Assembly (NCBI GenBank): GCA_013140495.1
Contig: JABFSR010000061.1
Coordinates: 17,873-81,872 of the forward strand
DNA length: 64,000 nt
Source: Verrucomicrobiota bacterium
Lineage (GTDB): Bacteria; Verrucomicrobiota; Verrucomicrobiia; Limisphaerales; JADLHS01
Direction: 5' to 3'
Made by a program: the position numbers and the translations under genes
Shown: piece after piece, positions 45,918-55,412 of the stretch
Layout: each line of letters begins with the position of its first letter
How positions within the stretch are numbered: the stretch's first letter is position 1
Notes under the pieces: generated by a model
What the model saw: only the letters and a program-made list of their open reading frames with translations
Database searches by the model: none
What the model was told of the DNA's origin: nothing

Positions 45918-47846
45918 TTATTCCATGATGATGACTGTGCGGTCATCGCGTTCCGAGATCAATTGGTGGACTCTTTCCTCCATCACCCTGCCCTTGGCGT
46001 CGAGAAGAACCTCGCCCCCAGTCCTGTTGGTCACCGTGTTGTGAGTTTGCCATTGCACAACCGCCTTGCGAACGCCTTGCTTCAGGTCTGATTCTGATCC
46101 CAGAAAATCATACTGGAAATCGCCGAAGCCCGGCAGAGTACGCAAGCTTCGAGCAGCCACATAACGCACGACGCCGTAGGGATCCGTGAGCAAACGCGCC
46201 TGGAACGGAGCTAGCCAGTTCGTTCCGGAAGCCCTTTGTGCGGGTTGCCATCCCACATGCCAGGCCGTAATCGCCCGTTGGGCTGCGTGCCCCTTAAGAA
46301 GCCACAGCAGGGATGCCGCAGTGCTTTGCTGCTCCTCAGTCAGAGACTGCGATTTTGCCCCGTAATGATCGGAGAGATGCTGCTGGGTCCAGGCCAGGGT
46401 CTTGTCCAGATGACAGAGGTTGCAGGCATTGGGAACGCCAAACTTGGCGCTTCCTGCCGTAGTGGGGGAAGTTATTTGATGGGTGCGGATGGCGCGGAAC
46501 AACGCATAAGTGGTGTGGGGCATGTGGCAATTCAGGCAATCGCTTCCGGCAGAGTCAGCCGCGTGAAACGTGTGTTGCTCCACCCGTGTCGTATACTTTG
46601 ATTCTCCGTGGCATTGGGTACAGGAAGCACTGCCTGTGATATCCATCTTCAGTTGACCCGCAGGGTTGCTCTGATGCATGGAGTGACACGACAGACAGGA
46701 AATCTTGCCCCGGGTGTAACATCCTGAAACCGCCAGCGCCGTGTACTCCCGCCCGCCTGCGAGAATTGTTCCGTCCTCCCACCACCGTTCCGCAAAGAAT
46801 TGTGGATTGCGCCGTAACTCCTCCCATTGTTGCGGCGGCGAGCCCTCCTTAGGGTAATGGATGAAATACCGCGTTTTGTTGAGATCTTCACCCGCCCGGT
46901 AAAGCTCACCTTCGGAAGCAAACTTCATCGCAAATTCGTCGCGCATGACGAATACACCGTGACACTGGCCGCAGACCTGGCTGGAGGCGCGGTGGTCCAG
47001 CTTTGCGGGGTTGACAACAGTTGGGTCAGACTGGCCGGTCAGGTGCAGCGAGTAACGACGCAATGGATTGCTATTGCGCTCAACATGATCTTCCCCAGCC
47101 CCATGGCAGGATTCACACGCAATCCCCAGTTCAGCAACTCGTGTGTCCAGCATTCCTGTTTTTGGATCGAGTCCAGGATTGCCCCCCGTACTGTGGCAGC
47201 GGATGCAATGATGATTCCACTGAGTGATAAATCCAGAACCTTCGTGCGGAGGCCGCATGAAAGCCGCTTCCCTCGGTATCCACCGCTTGTCCTCGATGAG
47301 ATAGACCAGCGGCAGCGTCTGCATCACACGATCGTAACGCGGGCTGGTCACCCAATACGTCTGGTAATGATGTGAGCCAGTGGCCATGACGACTCTCTGC
47401 TCCACACGAGGAATTTGACCCAAGGCAAGTTTCTTGCCTCCTTGCATCACGTACATCATGACGTCTGGATCGGGCATGTCTGCCCAGAACTCATTGTCCT
47501 TGCGATAAACGCGGTAGGAAAGGTTATGAGATTGAACGCTGCTGCCATCAAAATCGCCCACGACGTTCTCAGGGGTCGCCGTCTGGGTCATCGTCCGGTG
47601 AAATGTGCGATGCCAGCTATCATATTGAGAAGGATGGCAGGCTTGACAGCGATCGGATGAAACGTACTCCTTCTGGTTTCCCAAATGCGGCAGCTTGCGC
47701 GCAAGCCGAACCGAGTCGTCCATCGCCTTAAACGAACGCTGGATGGACCACCACTTGACCGCGCCGAAACCCGCCAGTAACGCGAGACAAACAATCGAGA
47801 TCAAGACACCCCACTTTTTGGATTGGGTCGGCTCGAAGGACATCAC
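45918..47846 (-). CDS. membrane-anchored octaheme c-type cytochrome with a C-terminal HEAT-like region
   Basis: Track ORF. I counted eight CXXCH motifs: CQACH, CIRCH, CESCH, CGQCH, CLSCH, CTQCH, CLNCH, CNLCH. It has an N-terminal TM anchor. Confidence 0.85.
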   Translation of the reverse strand: MMSFEPTQSKKWGVLISIVCLALLAGFGAVKWWSIQRSFKAMDDSVRLARKLPHLGNQKEYVSSDRCQACHPSQYDSWHRTFHRTMTQTATPENVVGDFDGSSVQSHNLSYRVYRKDNEFWADMPDPDVMMYVMQGGKKLALGQIPRVEQRVVMATGSHHYQTYWVTSPRYDRVMQTLPLVYLIEDKRWIPREAAFMRPPHEGSGFITQWNHHCIRCHSTGGNPGLDPKTGMLDTRVAELGIACESCHGAGEDHVERNSNPLRRYSLHLTGQSDPTVVNPAKLDHRASSQVCGQCHGVFVMRDEFAMKFASEGELYRAGEDLNKTRYFIHYPKEGSPPQQWEELRRNPQFFAERWWEDGTILAGGREYTALAVSGCYTRGKISCLSCHSMHQSNPAGQLKMDITGSASCTQCHGESKYTTRVEQHTFHAADSAGSDCLNCHMPHTTYALFRAIRTHQITSPTTAGSAKFGVPNACNLCHLDKTLAWTQQHLSDHYGAKSQSLTEEQQSTAASLLWLLKGHAAQRAITAWHVGWQPAQRASGTNWLAPFQARLLTDPYGVVRYVAARSLRTLPGFGDFQYDFLGSESDLKQGVRKAVVQWQTHNTVTNRTGGEVLLDAKGRVMEERVHQLISERDDRTVIIME

Positions 47847-48260
47847 AGTTCAGAGTTAATTGGCACAAGTGTTGGCTGTTATCATGGCGTACAATACCCG
47901 GTTGGAGTGGGTGTGTCTCCCTCTGACTCAAGCGCAATTATTTATTGCATAAAAGCGTTGACCAGATTTGTCAAGTCGCACGGGCGACGATCAGCCATCA
48001 AATCTCGTGAAAATCCTTACAACAAAATGACGAGTTTAGGCTGGATTTTTTTGTGTGTCCCGCCAATCTCGATTGATCTGATCTTGGGGCGGCATCCAGA
48101 GTTCGTGAACAATCGGTATGGTCCACTGGCCTGCCAGTGATTGAAGAAATGGATCACACGCTGGAAATCGCAACCGAATCGGATCGGAAACTATTGCCAA
48201 CCGATTGGCGCGAGTGTTCGCGCCTCCAAAAATGCGACGACAACACTGGAAATCACTCCG

Positions 48261-49172
48261 ATGAAAATGCCTTCACTTCGAATCCAAACTTTGATCACCC
48301 TGTTCGCTCTGGTGATATTAACACCAAACGCTTTCGCCCAGGTCAAATACATGGTCGTGGTAGGCGTGGACGGCTTAAGCCCGGATGGCATCCTCCACGG
48401 CGACGCCCCAAATCTAAAGCGTCTGCGCGAAAAGGGTTCGTGGACCTACCACGCACGCGGCGTCATGCCCACCTCCAGCAGCCCCAACTGGGCTTCGATG
48501 ATCATGGGCGCGGGCCCGGAGCAACACGGCGTTACTTCCAACGATTGGGAGACAAACAAATTTGAAATCGCCCCCACGGTGGTTGGCCCTGGCGGAATCT
48601 TTCCAACCATTTTCAGCGTGCTCCGCGAGCAAAAGCCCGACAGCACACTCGGCGTGTTTCATGACTGGGACGGCTATGGTCGTTTGCTCGAACGCAAAAT
48701 GGTGGACGTGGTTGAGGACCTCGATGGCCCGACCAACACCGTCCGCCGCGCGGTTGAATTCATCAAGAGCCGCAAACCCACATTCACCTTCATTCATCTC
48801 GACCATGTGGACCACGCGGGCCATCACGACGGCCACGGCACGCCCGCGTATTACGCATCCGTCGGCGTCGCGGACAAACTCATCGGGGAAGTGATCGCCG
48901 GGATTCAAGAAGCCAGCATGACTCAAGACACCCTCGTGCTCGTCACGGCTGATCACGGCGGCAAGGACAAAGGCCACGGCGGAGCAACCATGGGCGAAAT
49001 CGAAATTCCCTGGATCATTGCAGGCCCGGGCGTTCGCGTCGGCCACGAAATCAAAGCATCAGTCAACACTTACGACACCGCAGCGACGATTGCATTCGCG
49101 TTCAAACTCAAGCCTCCGCAGGCATGGATCGCACGGCCCGTGCGCGAGGCATTTGAAAAAAGCGACCGCTGA
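48261..49172 (+). CDS. secreted type I phosphodiesterase/nucleotide pyrophosphatase (alkaline-phosphatase superfamily)
   Basis: Track ORF 48141..49172, with the start moved to MKMPSLRIQTLITLFALVILTPNAFAQ (signal peptide). VGVDGLSPD, PTSSSPNWASMIMG, HLDHVDHAGH, TADHGG. Confidence 0.8.
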   Translation: MKMPSLRIQTLITLFALVILTPNAFAQVKYMVVVGVDGLSPDGILHGDAPNLKRLREKGSWTYHARGVMPTSSSPNWASMIMGAGPEQHGVTSNDWETNKFEIAPTVVGPGGIFPTIFSVLREQKPDSTLGVFHDWDGYGRLLERKMVDVVEDLDGPTNTVRRAVEFIKSRKPTFTFIHLDHVDHAGHHDGHGTPAYYASVGVADKLIGEVIAGIQEASMTQDTLVLVTADHGGKDKGHGGATMGEIEIPWIIAGPGVRVGHEIKASVNTYDTAATIAFAFKLKPPQAWIARPVREAFEKSDR

Positions 49173-49182
49173 ACCTCTCCTG

Positions 49183-50565
49183 ATGACATCAAAAACTGAT
49201 CTGGATCTGAAGCTCCTCCGGACTGAGGGCGACATCAATATCTCGCCCAACCGTCAAACATGGCAGGTAGGCCACTTGAGCGCCGAAACAAAACGGATGC
49301 TCGCTGAAGACGCCGAATGCTTCCTCCATCAATCCATGTCCACACCCTGCCTGAACGCAATGAAAGGGGCCAGCGGTGCTTGGATCGAGGACGTCGAAGG
49401 TCGTCGCTATCTCGATTTTCACGGCAACAACGTTCATCAGATCGGTTTCGGTCACCCCCGCGTCACCGGGGCCATCAAATCCTTGCTCGACCAATTTTCG
49501 TTTTGCACACGCCGCTACACAAATGAGCATGCCATCAGGTTCGCCAAAAAGCTGACCACTCTTGCGCCTGGTGATTTGAATCGCGTCCTGTTCGCGCCCG
49601 GTGGAGCATCCGCAATTGGCATCGCTTTGAAACTGGCGCGCACAGCCACGGGCCGCTTCAAGACGATCTCCCTCTGGGATTCGTTTCATGGCGCGTCGCT
49701 GGATGCCATTTCGGTCGGTGGTGAAAGTGTATTTCGGAAAAACGCCGGCCCGCTGCTGCCAGGTTGCGAGCATACGCCGCCCCCTGATCCTTCTCACTGT
49801 CCGTTCCGCTGCGGCACTTCGTGCAGTCTGGCCTGCGCGGACTACATCGAATACATGCTGGAGCGTGAAGGCGACGTGGGAGCGGTCATCGCGGAAACCG
49901 TTCGGAACGTGCCGGTCATTCCGCCACCGGATTACTGGAAACGCATCCGGGCCGCATGCGACAAGCATGGCGCGCTTCTCATCCTGGACGAAATTCCCAT
50001 TGGCCTCGGCCGCACGGGAAAATTCTTTGCCTTTGAACATTTTGACGTTATCCCGGACATCGTCGTGCTGGGCAAGGGTCTCGGAGGAGGAATTTTCCCG
50101 CTCGCAGCAATGATTGCCCGCGAACACCTCAATGTCGCCGGCGAATGTTCACTCGGCCATTATACGCATGAGAAAAATCCCGTCGCCTGTGCCGCAGGAT
50201 TGGCGACACTTGAAGTGATCGAGGAAGAGAAGCTGGTCGAGCGCGCAGCCAAACTCGGTGCCAGCACTGTCGAAGACCTGCGCCGCCGTCTCTCGCCCTA
50301 CCCGTTGGTGCGCGAAGTACGCGGCCTTGGATTCCTGCTCGGCGTGGAGATCGGTGACAACAAAGGAAACGCCGTGGATGCGTCCGAACGAATCATGTAT
50401 TCAGCGCTGCGGCGTGGCTTGAATTTCAAGGTGTCCAAGGGCAACGTCCTCACGTTCGCTCCGCCTCTCAACATCACCGAGAAAGAATTGGACCAGGCAT
50501 GGACGATCGTCGAAGCCGCAATTCAAGAAATACAAAACAGCCCTGTTCCATCGGCAAATTCCTGA
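49183..50565 (+). CDS. class-III (omega) aminotransferase-fold PLP enzyme; candidate PbfA-type enzyme
   Basis: Track ORF 49018..50565, with the start moved to MTSKTDL. LILDEIPIGLGRTGKFFAFEH, and VLGKGLGGG (PLP lysine region). Confidence 0.85.
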   Translation: MTSKTDLDLKLLRTEGDINISPNRQTWQVGHLSAETKRMLAEDAECFLHQSMSTPCLNAMKGASGAWIEDVEGRRYLDFHGNNVHQIGFGHPRVTGAIKSLLDQFSFCTRRYTNEHAIRFAKKLTTLAPGDLNRVLFAPGGASAIGIALKLARTATGRFKTISLWDSFHGASLDAISVGGESVFRKNAGPLLPGCEHTPPPDPSHCPFRCGTSCSLACADYIEYMLEREGDVGAVIAETVRNVPVIPPPDYWKRIRAACDKHGALLILDEIPIGLGRTGKFFAFEHFDVIPDIVVLGKGLGGGIFPLAAMIAREHLNVAGECSLGHYTHEKNPVACAAGLATLEVIEEEKLVERAAKLGASTVEDLRRRLSPYPLVREVRGLGFLLGVEIGDNKGNAVDASERIMYSALRRGLNFKVSKGNVLTFAPPLNITEKELDQAWTIVEAAIQEIQNSPVPSANS

Positions 50566-50566
50566 C

Positions 50567-51724
50567 ATGAAGCCAGACTCAAACCTCCCATCAGCACGCG
50601 ACAAACTCCTCTTCACACCCGGCCCGCTCACCACAAGCCTCAGCGTCAAGCAGGCCATGTTGCACGACGCCGGCTCCTGGCATTTTGAATTCAATGCTCT
50701 TGTCGCCAGCGTCCGCAAGCGTCTGCTCAAGCTCGCAGGCCTTTCGCACGAAGCCGGCTGGGAAGTCGTGCCACTTCAAGGCAGCGGAACATTCGGCGTT
50801 GAGGCGGTATTCCAAAGCTGCGTTCCTCACAACGGCAAGGTCGTCGTGCTGGCAAACGGCGCTTATGGAGAACGCATCGCACAGATGCTGAAACACGCGC
50901 GGATTGATCACACAGTTCTCCGCACGGCGGAGGATACTCCGAGTGATGCTGCGGCGCTCGAAGCCTGCCTCGTTGCTGACAAGGCTGTGACACACGTGGC
51001 CTCGGTGCATTGCGAAACGACAACCGGTATTCTGAACCCGATCGAAAAACTCGGCGCGGTTACAAAGCGCCATGGCAGGGTGTTTGTGGTGGATGCCATG
51101 AGCAGTTTCGGCGGGATGCCGATAGACTTCGAACAGTGCGGAATTGATTTCCTGATCTCTTCCTCGAACAAATGCGTCGAGGGTGTGCCGGGATTCTCAT
51201 TTGTGTTCGCCCGACGCGCACTGTTGCTCGCAAGCGAAGGCTGGGCCCGGAGTCTCAGCCTCGATCTCTTGGGCCAGTTGAAGGGCTTCGAGAAGAACGG
51301 TCAGTTCCGTTACACTCCGCCGACGCACGTGATTCTAGCCTTCGATCAGGCGCTGCGTGAATTGGAGGAGGAAGGCGGAATTCCAGCACGCAGCGAACGC
51401 TACAAGCAAAATCATCAGGCGCTGATGACAGGAATGATCCGGCTCGGCTTCCGATCCTACCTTCCATCCCCCGTCCAGAGCCACATCATCACGAGTTTTC
51501 TCTACCCGGATGCAAAGTTTGATTTCACTGATTTCTATCATCGCGTCGCGGACAAGGGCTTCGTTCTTTATCCGGGCAAGATCAGCCAGTGCGACACCTT
51601 CCGCATCGGCAACATCGGACGACTCACCGAATCAGAAATGAAACAGGTCGTTTACGCCATCGGCGAGGCTGTGGCGGAAATGGGGATCAAAATGGAATCA
51701 GCATCCGCCGCCAAAGCGCAATGA
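50567..51724 (+). CDS. phnW: 2-aminoethylphosphonate--pyruvate transaminase
   Basis: Track ORF. It is collinear with my recollection of enterobacterial PhnW: LLFTPGPLTTS, LQGSGTF, HCETTTGILNP, VDAMSSFGG, SSSNKCVEGVPGFSF, YPGKISQCDTFRIGNIG. Confidence 0.92.
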   Translation: MKPDSNLPSARDKLLFTPGPLTTSLSVKQAMLHDAGSWHFEFNALVASVRKRLLKLAGLSHEAGWEVVPLQGSGTFGVEAVFQSCVPHNGKVVVLANGAYGERIAQMLKHARIDHTVLRTAEDTPSDAAALEACLVADKAVTHVASVHCETTTGILNPIEKLGAVTKRHGRVFVVDAMSSFGGMPIDFEQCGIDFLISSSNKCVEGVPGFSFVFARRALLLASEGWARSLSLDLLGQLKGFEKNGQFRYTPPTHVILAFDQALRELEEEGGIPARSERYKQNHQALMTGMIRLGFRSYLPSPVQSHIITSFLYPDAKFDFTDFYHRVADKGFVLYPGKISQCDTFRIGNIGRLTESEMKQVVYAIGEAVAEMGIKMESASAAKAQ

Positions 51725-52737
51725 GTGATGACCGAGACAAAGCATTCGCAGACCACAGGCGAAAAAGCCTGCGGTCCGGAATTTCAACACGCAATGAAAG
51801 ACGGGAGCAACTTTGGAAAGATCCGTGTTTCTGCAATCCCAATGCGATTCATCCCTCCATTTTCCGAACGACATTGGGGCTTAAGCCGGTCCTGTTGCTG
51901 GTAATGCTCATGACGTTGGCTTTGTTCTCCCCTGCCCTGGCCGCACAACCATTGACCCGCGCACACGCACACAACGATTACGAACACAAACGCCCGTTGC
52001 TCGACGCGCTTGATCAGGCGTTCTGTTCCGTCGAGGCTGACATTTACCTCGTTACGAACCAGCTTCTCGTCGCCCATAACCTCCGCGATGTGAAGCCTGA
52101 ACGCACTCTCGAGAAGCTTTACCTTGATCCGCTCCGCGAACGCGTCCGCGCAAACCGCGGTCATGTTTACACGGAATTCGCAACGAACACCGCGTTGGGC
52201 AGGCCGATGTCAGCGGCAGGAAGCGGAATCGAGTTCACACTCCTCATTGATCTCAAGACCGGCGGGGAGGAAACCTATCGCGCCCTGCGTCCCGTACTCT
52301 CCAAGTATGCGGAGATGCTGACGCGCTTTACGCCGACCAGCACCATCCCTGGCGCGGTCACGGTGATCCTCACCGGCAATCGTCCCGTTCAGATGGTGGC
52401 GGTCGAACCAGAGCGCCTGTGTGCGCTGGATGGGAGGCTCTCTGATCTCGATGCAAACCAGTCAGTCCACCTTTTCCCCCTCGTCAGCGAGAGCTGGAGT
52501 CCGACCTTCAGAAAATTCGAGGCGGACGGGCTTTCCGATGCAGATCGGACGAAACTACGGCAGCTCATCTCAAAAACCCACGGCCAGGGTCGTCGCCTCC
52601 GTTTCTGGGGCGTGCCAGATCAACTTGTCGTGTGGCGCGAATTTTATTCCGAAGGAGTGGACATGTTGAACACGGACGATCTTCCCGGACTGGCGGCATT
52701 TCTGCAATCGCCGCCAAAACCCCAGTCAAAACAATGA
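51721..52737 (+). CDS. secreted/anchored PI-PLC-like (X-domain / GDPD-superfamily) phosphodiesterase
   Basis: Track ORF 51589..52737, with the start at the ATGA overlap with the phnW stop (MSDDRD...). Hydrophobic signal/anchor LLLVMLMTLALFSPALAAQP, then AHAHNDYEHKRPLLDALDQAFCSVEADIYL. The true start is uncertain. Confidence 0.65.
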   Translation: MSDDRDKAFADHRRKSLRSGISTRNERREQLWKDPCFCNPNAIHPSIFRTTLGLKPVLLLVMLMTLALFSPALAAQPLTRAHAHNDYEHKRPLLDALDQAFCSVEADIYLVTNQLLVAHNLRDVKPERTLEKLYLDPLRERVRANRGHVYTEFATNTALGRPMSAAGSGIEFTLLIDLKTGGEETYRALRPVLSKYAEMLTRFTPTSTIPGAVTVILTGNRPVQMVAVEPERLCALDGRLSDLDANQSVHLFPLVSESWSPTFRKFEADGLSDADRTKLRQLISKTHGQGRRLRFWGVPDQLVVWREFYSEGVDMLNTDDLPGLAAFLQSPPKPQSKQ

Positions 52738-53975
52738 ACTCATTCACAATCAACAATCGCACCTATCTTTTGCCGGCTTGTCCCTTGGTCGGCATCTGCG
52801 TTGACGGCTCGGCGGATGAATACTTCGACGCCGCCATCGCCCGCAGGCTGATGCCGAATCTCCAGCGCATCAGCGTACGAGGATACCGGGGAATGGCACG
52901 GGGACAGATGCCCAGCTTCACCAACGTCAACAACGCATCCATCGTCACCGGCGTTCCACCCAGCGTCCACGGCATCGGCGGCAACTTCTTCTACGACAAG
53001 ACGAGTGGCGAAGAGGTCATGACCAATTCCTCAAAGTTTCTGCGCGTGCAAACCATGTTTCCGTCTGCTCAAAAAGCAGGACGCAAGGTCGCGGTGATTA
53101 CCGCCAAGGACAAACTCCGTGACATCTTTGGATCAGGATTGATCGAACTGGGCGGCATCGCATTCTCCTCAGAGAAGGCCAATCAAGTCACCAAGGCGGT
53201 TCATGGCATCGAAGATGTCGAAGCGCTGGCCGGCCCGACGCCTCCCATCTACAGCGGTGAGGCTTCACTGTATGTCCTGAAGGCGGGCGTGAAGCTCATT
53301 GAACATGGGCGCGCGGATTTTCTTTACCTGAGCACGACGGATTTCATGCAGCACAAATATGCGCCGGAAGCACCCGAGGCACTCGACTTTTACGCAGGCA
53401 TTGATGAACAGATCGGTCGCCTGCTTCAACTGGGCGCGCGCGTCGGCGTTACCGCAGACCACGGCATGAACGCCAAACAGAAAGCCGATGGATCACCGAA
53501 CGTGACTTATCTCGAATCCACTTTGGAAACCAAATTCGGGCCTGGCTTCCGCGTCATCCTGCCAATCACAGACCCGTACGTTGTCCATCACGGAGCATTG
53601 GGTTCGTTCGCTCAGGTGCATCTTCCACCTGGCCGGGAGGCTTTGCTGTCCGAAGTCATCAATTTCATCCGCGCATTGCCGGGCATCACCGAGGTGCTGG
53701 ACCAGGCCACCGCCGCGCGGTTGATGCAGTTGCCGCCGGACCGCATGGGCGATCTGGTGGTGTGCTCCGGTCGCGACGCGGTCATTGGCCGCACCCCTGC
53801 ATGGCACGACCTGAAGGTTCTCGAGGGCGGGCTGCGCTCACACGGCGGACGATACGAGGAAATGGTGCCGTTCATCCTCAGCGAACCGTTGAATTCTGAA
53901 TATGCGGGCAAGGCGAAAGCCGACCCGCGCAACTTTGATCTCTTTGACTTTATCTGTAACGGAGCACAATCATGA
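52734..53975 (+). CDS. phnA: phosphonoacetate hydrolase
   Basis: Track ORF 52632..53975, with the start at the ATGA overlap (MNSFTINNRTY). PSFTNVNNASIVTGVPPSVHGIGGNFF matches the PhnA signature I recall, and TADHGMN is present. Confidence 0.8.
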   Translation: MNSFTINNRTYLLPACPLVGICVDGSADEYFDAAIARRLMPNLQRISVRGYRGMARGQMPSFTNVNNASIVTGVPPSVHGIGGNFFYDKTSGEEVMTNSSKFLRVQTMFPSAQKAGRKVAVITAKDKLRDIFGSGLIELGGIAFSSEKANQVTKAVHGIEDVEALAGPTPPIYSGEASLYVLKAGVKLIEHGRADFLYLSTTDFMQHKYAPEAPEALDFYAGIDEQIGRLLQLGARVGVTADHGMNAKQKADGSPNVTYLESTLETKFGPGFRVILPITDPYVVHHGALGSFAQVHLPPGREALLSEVINFIRALPGITEVLDQATAARLMQLPPDRMGDLVVCSGRDAVIGRTPAWHDLKVLEGGLRSHGGRYEEMVPFILSEPLNSEYAGKAKADPRNFDLFDFICNGAQS

Positions 53976-55384
53976 AACTGACCAGCCTCATTGCCGGAAA
54001 ACCTGTGAGCGGAAACGGCACGCTCAGTGTGCGCAATCCCTACAATGGTGACGAAGTCGGCACGGTGATCACTGCTTCACGAAACGACGTGGATGCCGCC
54101 GTAGCTGCGGCCTGTGGCTTCCGCGATACACCCAGCCGTTATCAACGCTCGGAGATTCTGGAAAAAACCCGCGCGGCGCTCGAAACCCGGCGCGAGGAAT
54201 TCGCACGCACGATTTCCTCCGAGGCCGGCCTGGCACTGCGCGAGGGCAGATACGAAGTGGGGCGCACTCTCGACGTGTTACGGTTCGCAGCCATGGAAGC
54301 ACTGCGGGACGACGGCCAGATCTTTTCTGCTGACATCTCGCCGCAGGGCAAGGCGCGCAAAATCTTCACCACACGCGAACCGCTGCGTTGCGCCGCCGCA
54401 ATCACTCCGTTCAACCACCCGCTGAACCAGGTCGCCCACAAGGTCGGCCCTGCCATTGCGGCCGGAACGCCACTGGTGTTGAAACCTTCAGAAAAAACCC
54501 CGCTCACAGCGCTCAAACTCGCCGAACTGTTGTACGCCGCAGGTCTGCCTGGCCCGATGTTGAGTGTGTTGTTGGGAAAGACCAGCGAGGTGGCAGAACC
54601 GCTTGTTCAACACCCGGACGTGGAAGTGCTCGCCTTCACCGGCAGCGTTGCCATTGGCAAGCGCATCTCCGTCACCGCCGGTTACAAGAAGCTCGTCCTG
54701 GAGCTTGGCGGCAATGATCCCTTGATCGTCCTCAACGACGCTGATCTGGACCTGGCTGTGACGCTCGCGGCGGAAGGAAGCTTTCGCAACTCGGGTCAGC
54801 GCTGCACGGCAGTGAAGCGCATTCTGGTCGAGGACGGCATCGCGGCGAAGTTCACGGCTCTTCTGGTCGAGAAAACGAAGGAATATGTCTGCGGCGATCC
54901 TATGGACGAGGCGACTCGCGTAGGCACGGTGATTGACGAACACGCGGCAATTCAGCTCGAAGAAGTCCTCAAGGAAGCGGTGGCTGCCGGCGCAAAAGTG
55001 TTGATTGGCGGCACACGGCGCGGCGCTCAGTTGCAACCGACGGTGATCGCGGAAGTCCCACGGAATTGTCGCATGGTTGTCAGCGAAAGTTTCGGCCCGC
55101 TTGCGCCGATCCTCACCGTGCGCAACCTCGACGATGCCCTGACGTTGGCCAACTCCACGGCCTATGGGCTCAGTTCCGGCGTCGTGACTACAAGCCTGCC
55201 CAGCGCGCTCAAAGCCATCAAGACCCTGCGCTGTGGAACGGTCAACATTAACGAAGTCCCCGGCTTCCGCGTGGAGAATAGTCCGTTCGGCGGAATCAAA
55301 GACAGCGGAATGGGCGTCAAGGAAGGCGTGATCGAAGCGATGAAGGCTTACAGCTTCGTGAAAACCTTCAGCCTGCCGTGGTGA
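53972..55384 (+). CDS. phnY: aldehyde dehydrogenase; phosphonoacetaldehyde dehydrogenase by context
   Basis: Track ORF with an ATGA overlap to phnA. ALDH motifs are present: ITPFNHPLNQ, LELGGNDP, and SGQRCTAVKR (catalytic Cys). Confidence 0.8.
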   Translation: MKLTSLIAGKPVSGNGTLSVRNPYNGDEVGTVITASRNDVDAAVAAACGFRDTPSRYQRSEILEKTRAALETRREEFARTISSEAGLALREGRYEVGRTLDVLRFAAMEALRDDGQIFSADISPQGKARKIFTTREPLRCAAAITPFNHPLNQVAHKVGPAIAAGTPLVLKPSEKTPLTALKLAELLYAAGLPGPMLSVLLGKTSEVAEPLVQHPDVEVLAFTGSVAIGKRISVTAGYKKLVLELGGNDPLIVLNDADLDLAVTLAAEGSFRNSGQRCTAVKRILVEDGIAAKFTALLVEKTKEYVCGDPMDEATRVGTVIDEHAAIQLEEVLKEAVAAGAKVLIGGTRRGAQLQPTVIAEVPRNCRMVVSESFGPLAPILTVRNLDDALTLANSTAYGLSSGVVTTSLPSALKAIKTLRCGTVNINEVPGFRVENSPFGGIKDSGMGVKEGVIEAMKAYSFVKTFSLPW

Positions 55385-55412
55385 TACAAAGACACGAACC
55401 AGCGTGCCTTCC

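Noticed and set aside
47861-47876. TGGCAC-N5-TTGG on the plus strand in the gap upstream of the phosphonate operon, a possible sigma-54 promoter. A TTGAC-N7-GTCAA inverted repeat also lies at 47958-47974.
   Set aside because: The invariant -12 C is replaced (TTGG rather than TTGC), and the motif lies ~385 nt upstream of the first start codon. The inverted repeat is short and unsupported. Neither can be validated without a PWM scan or comparative data.
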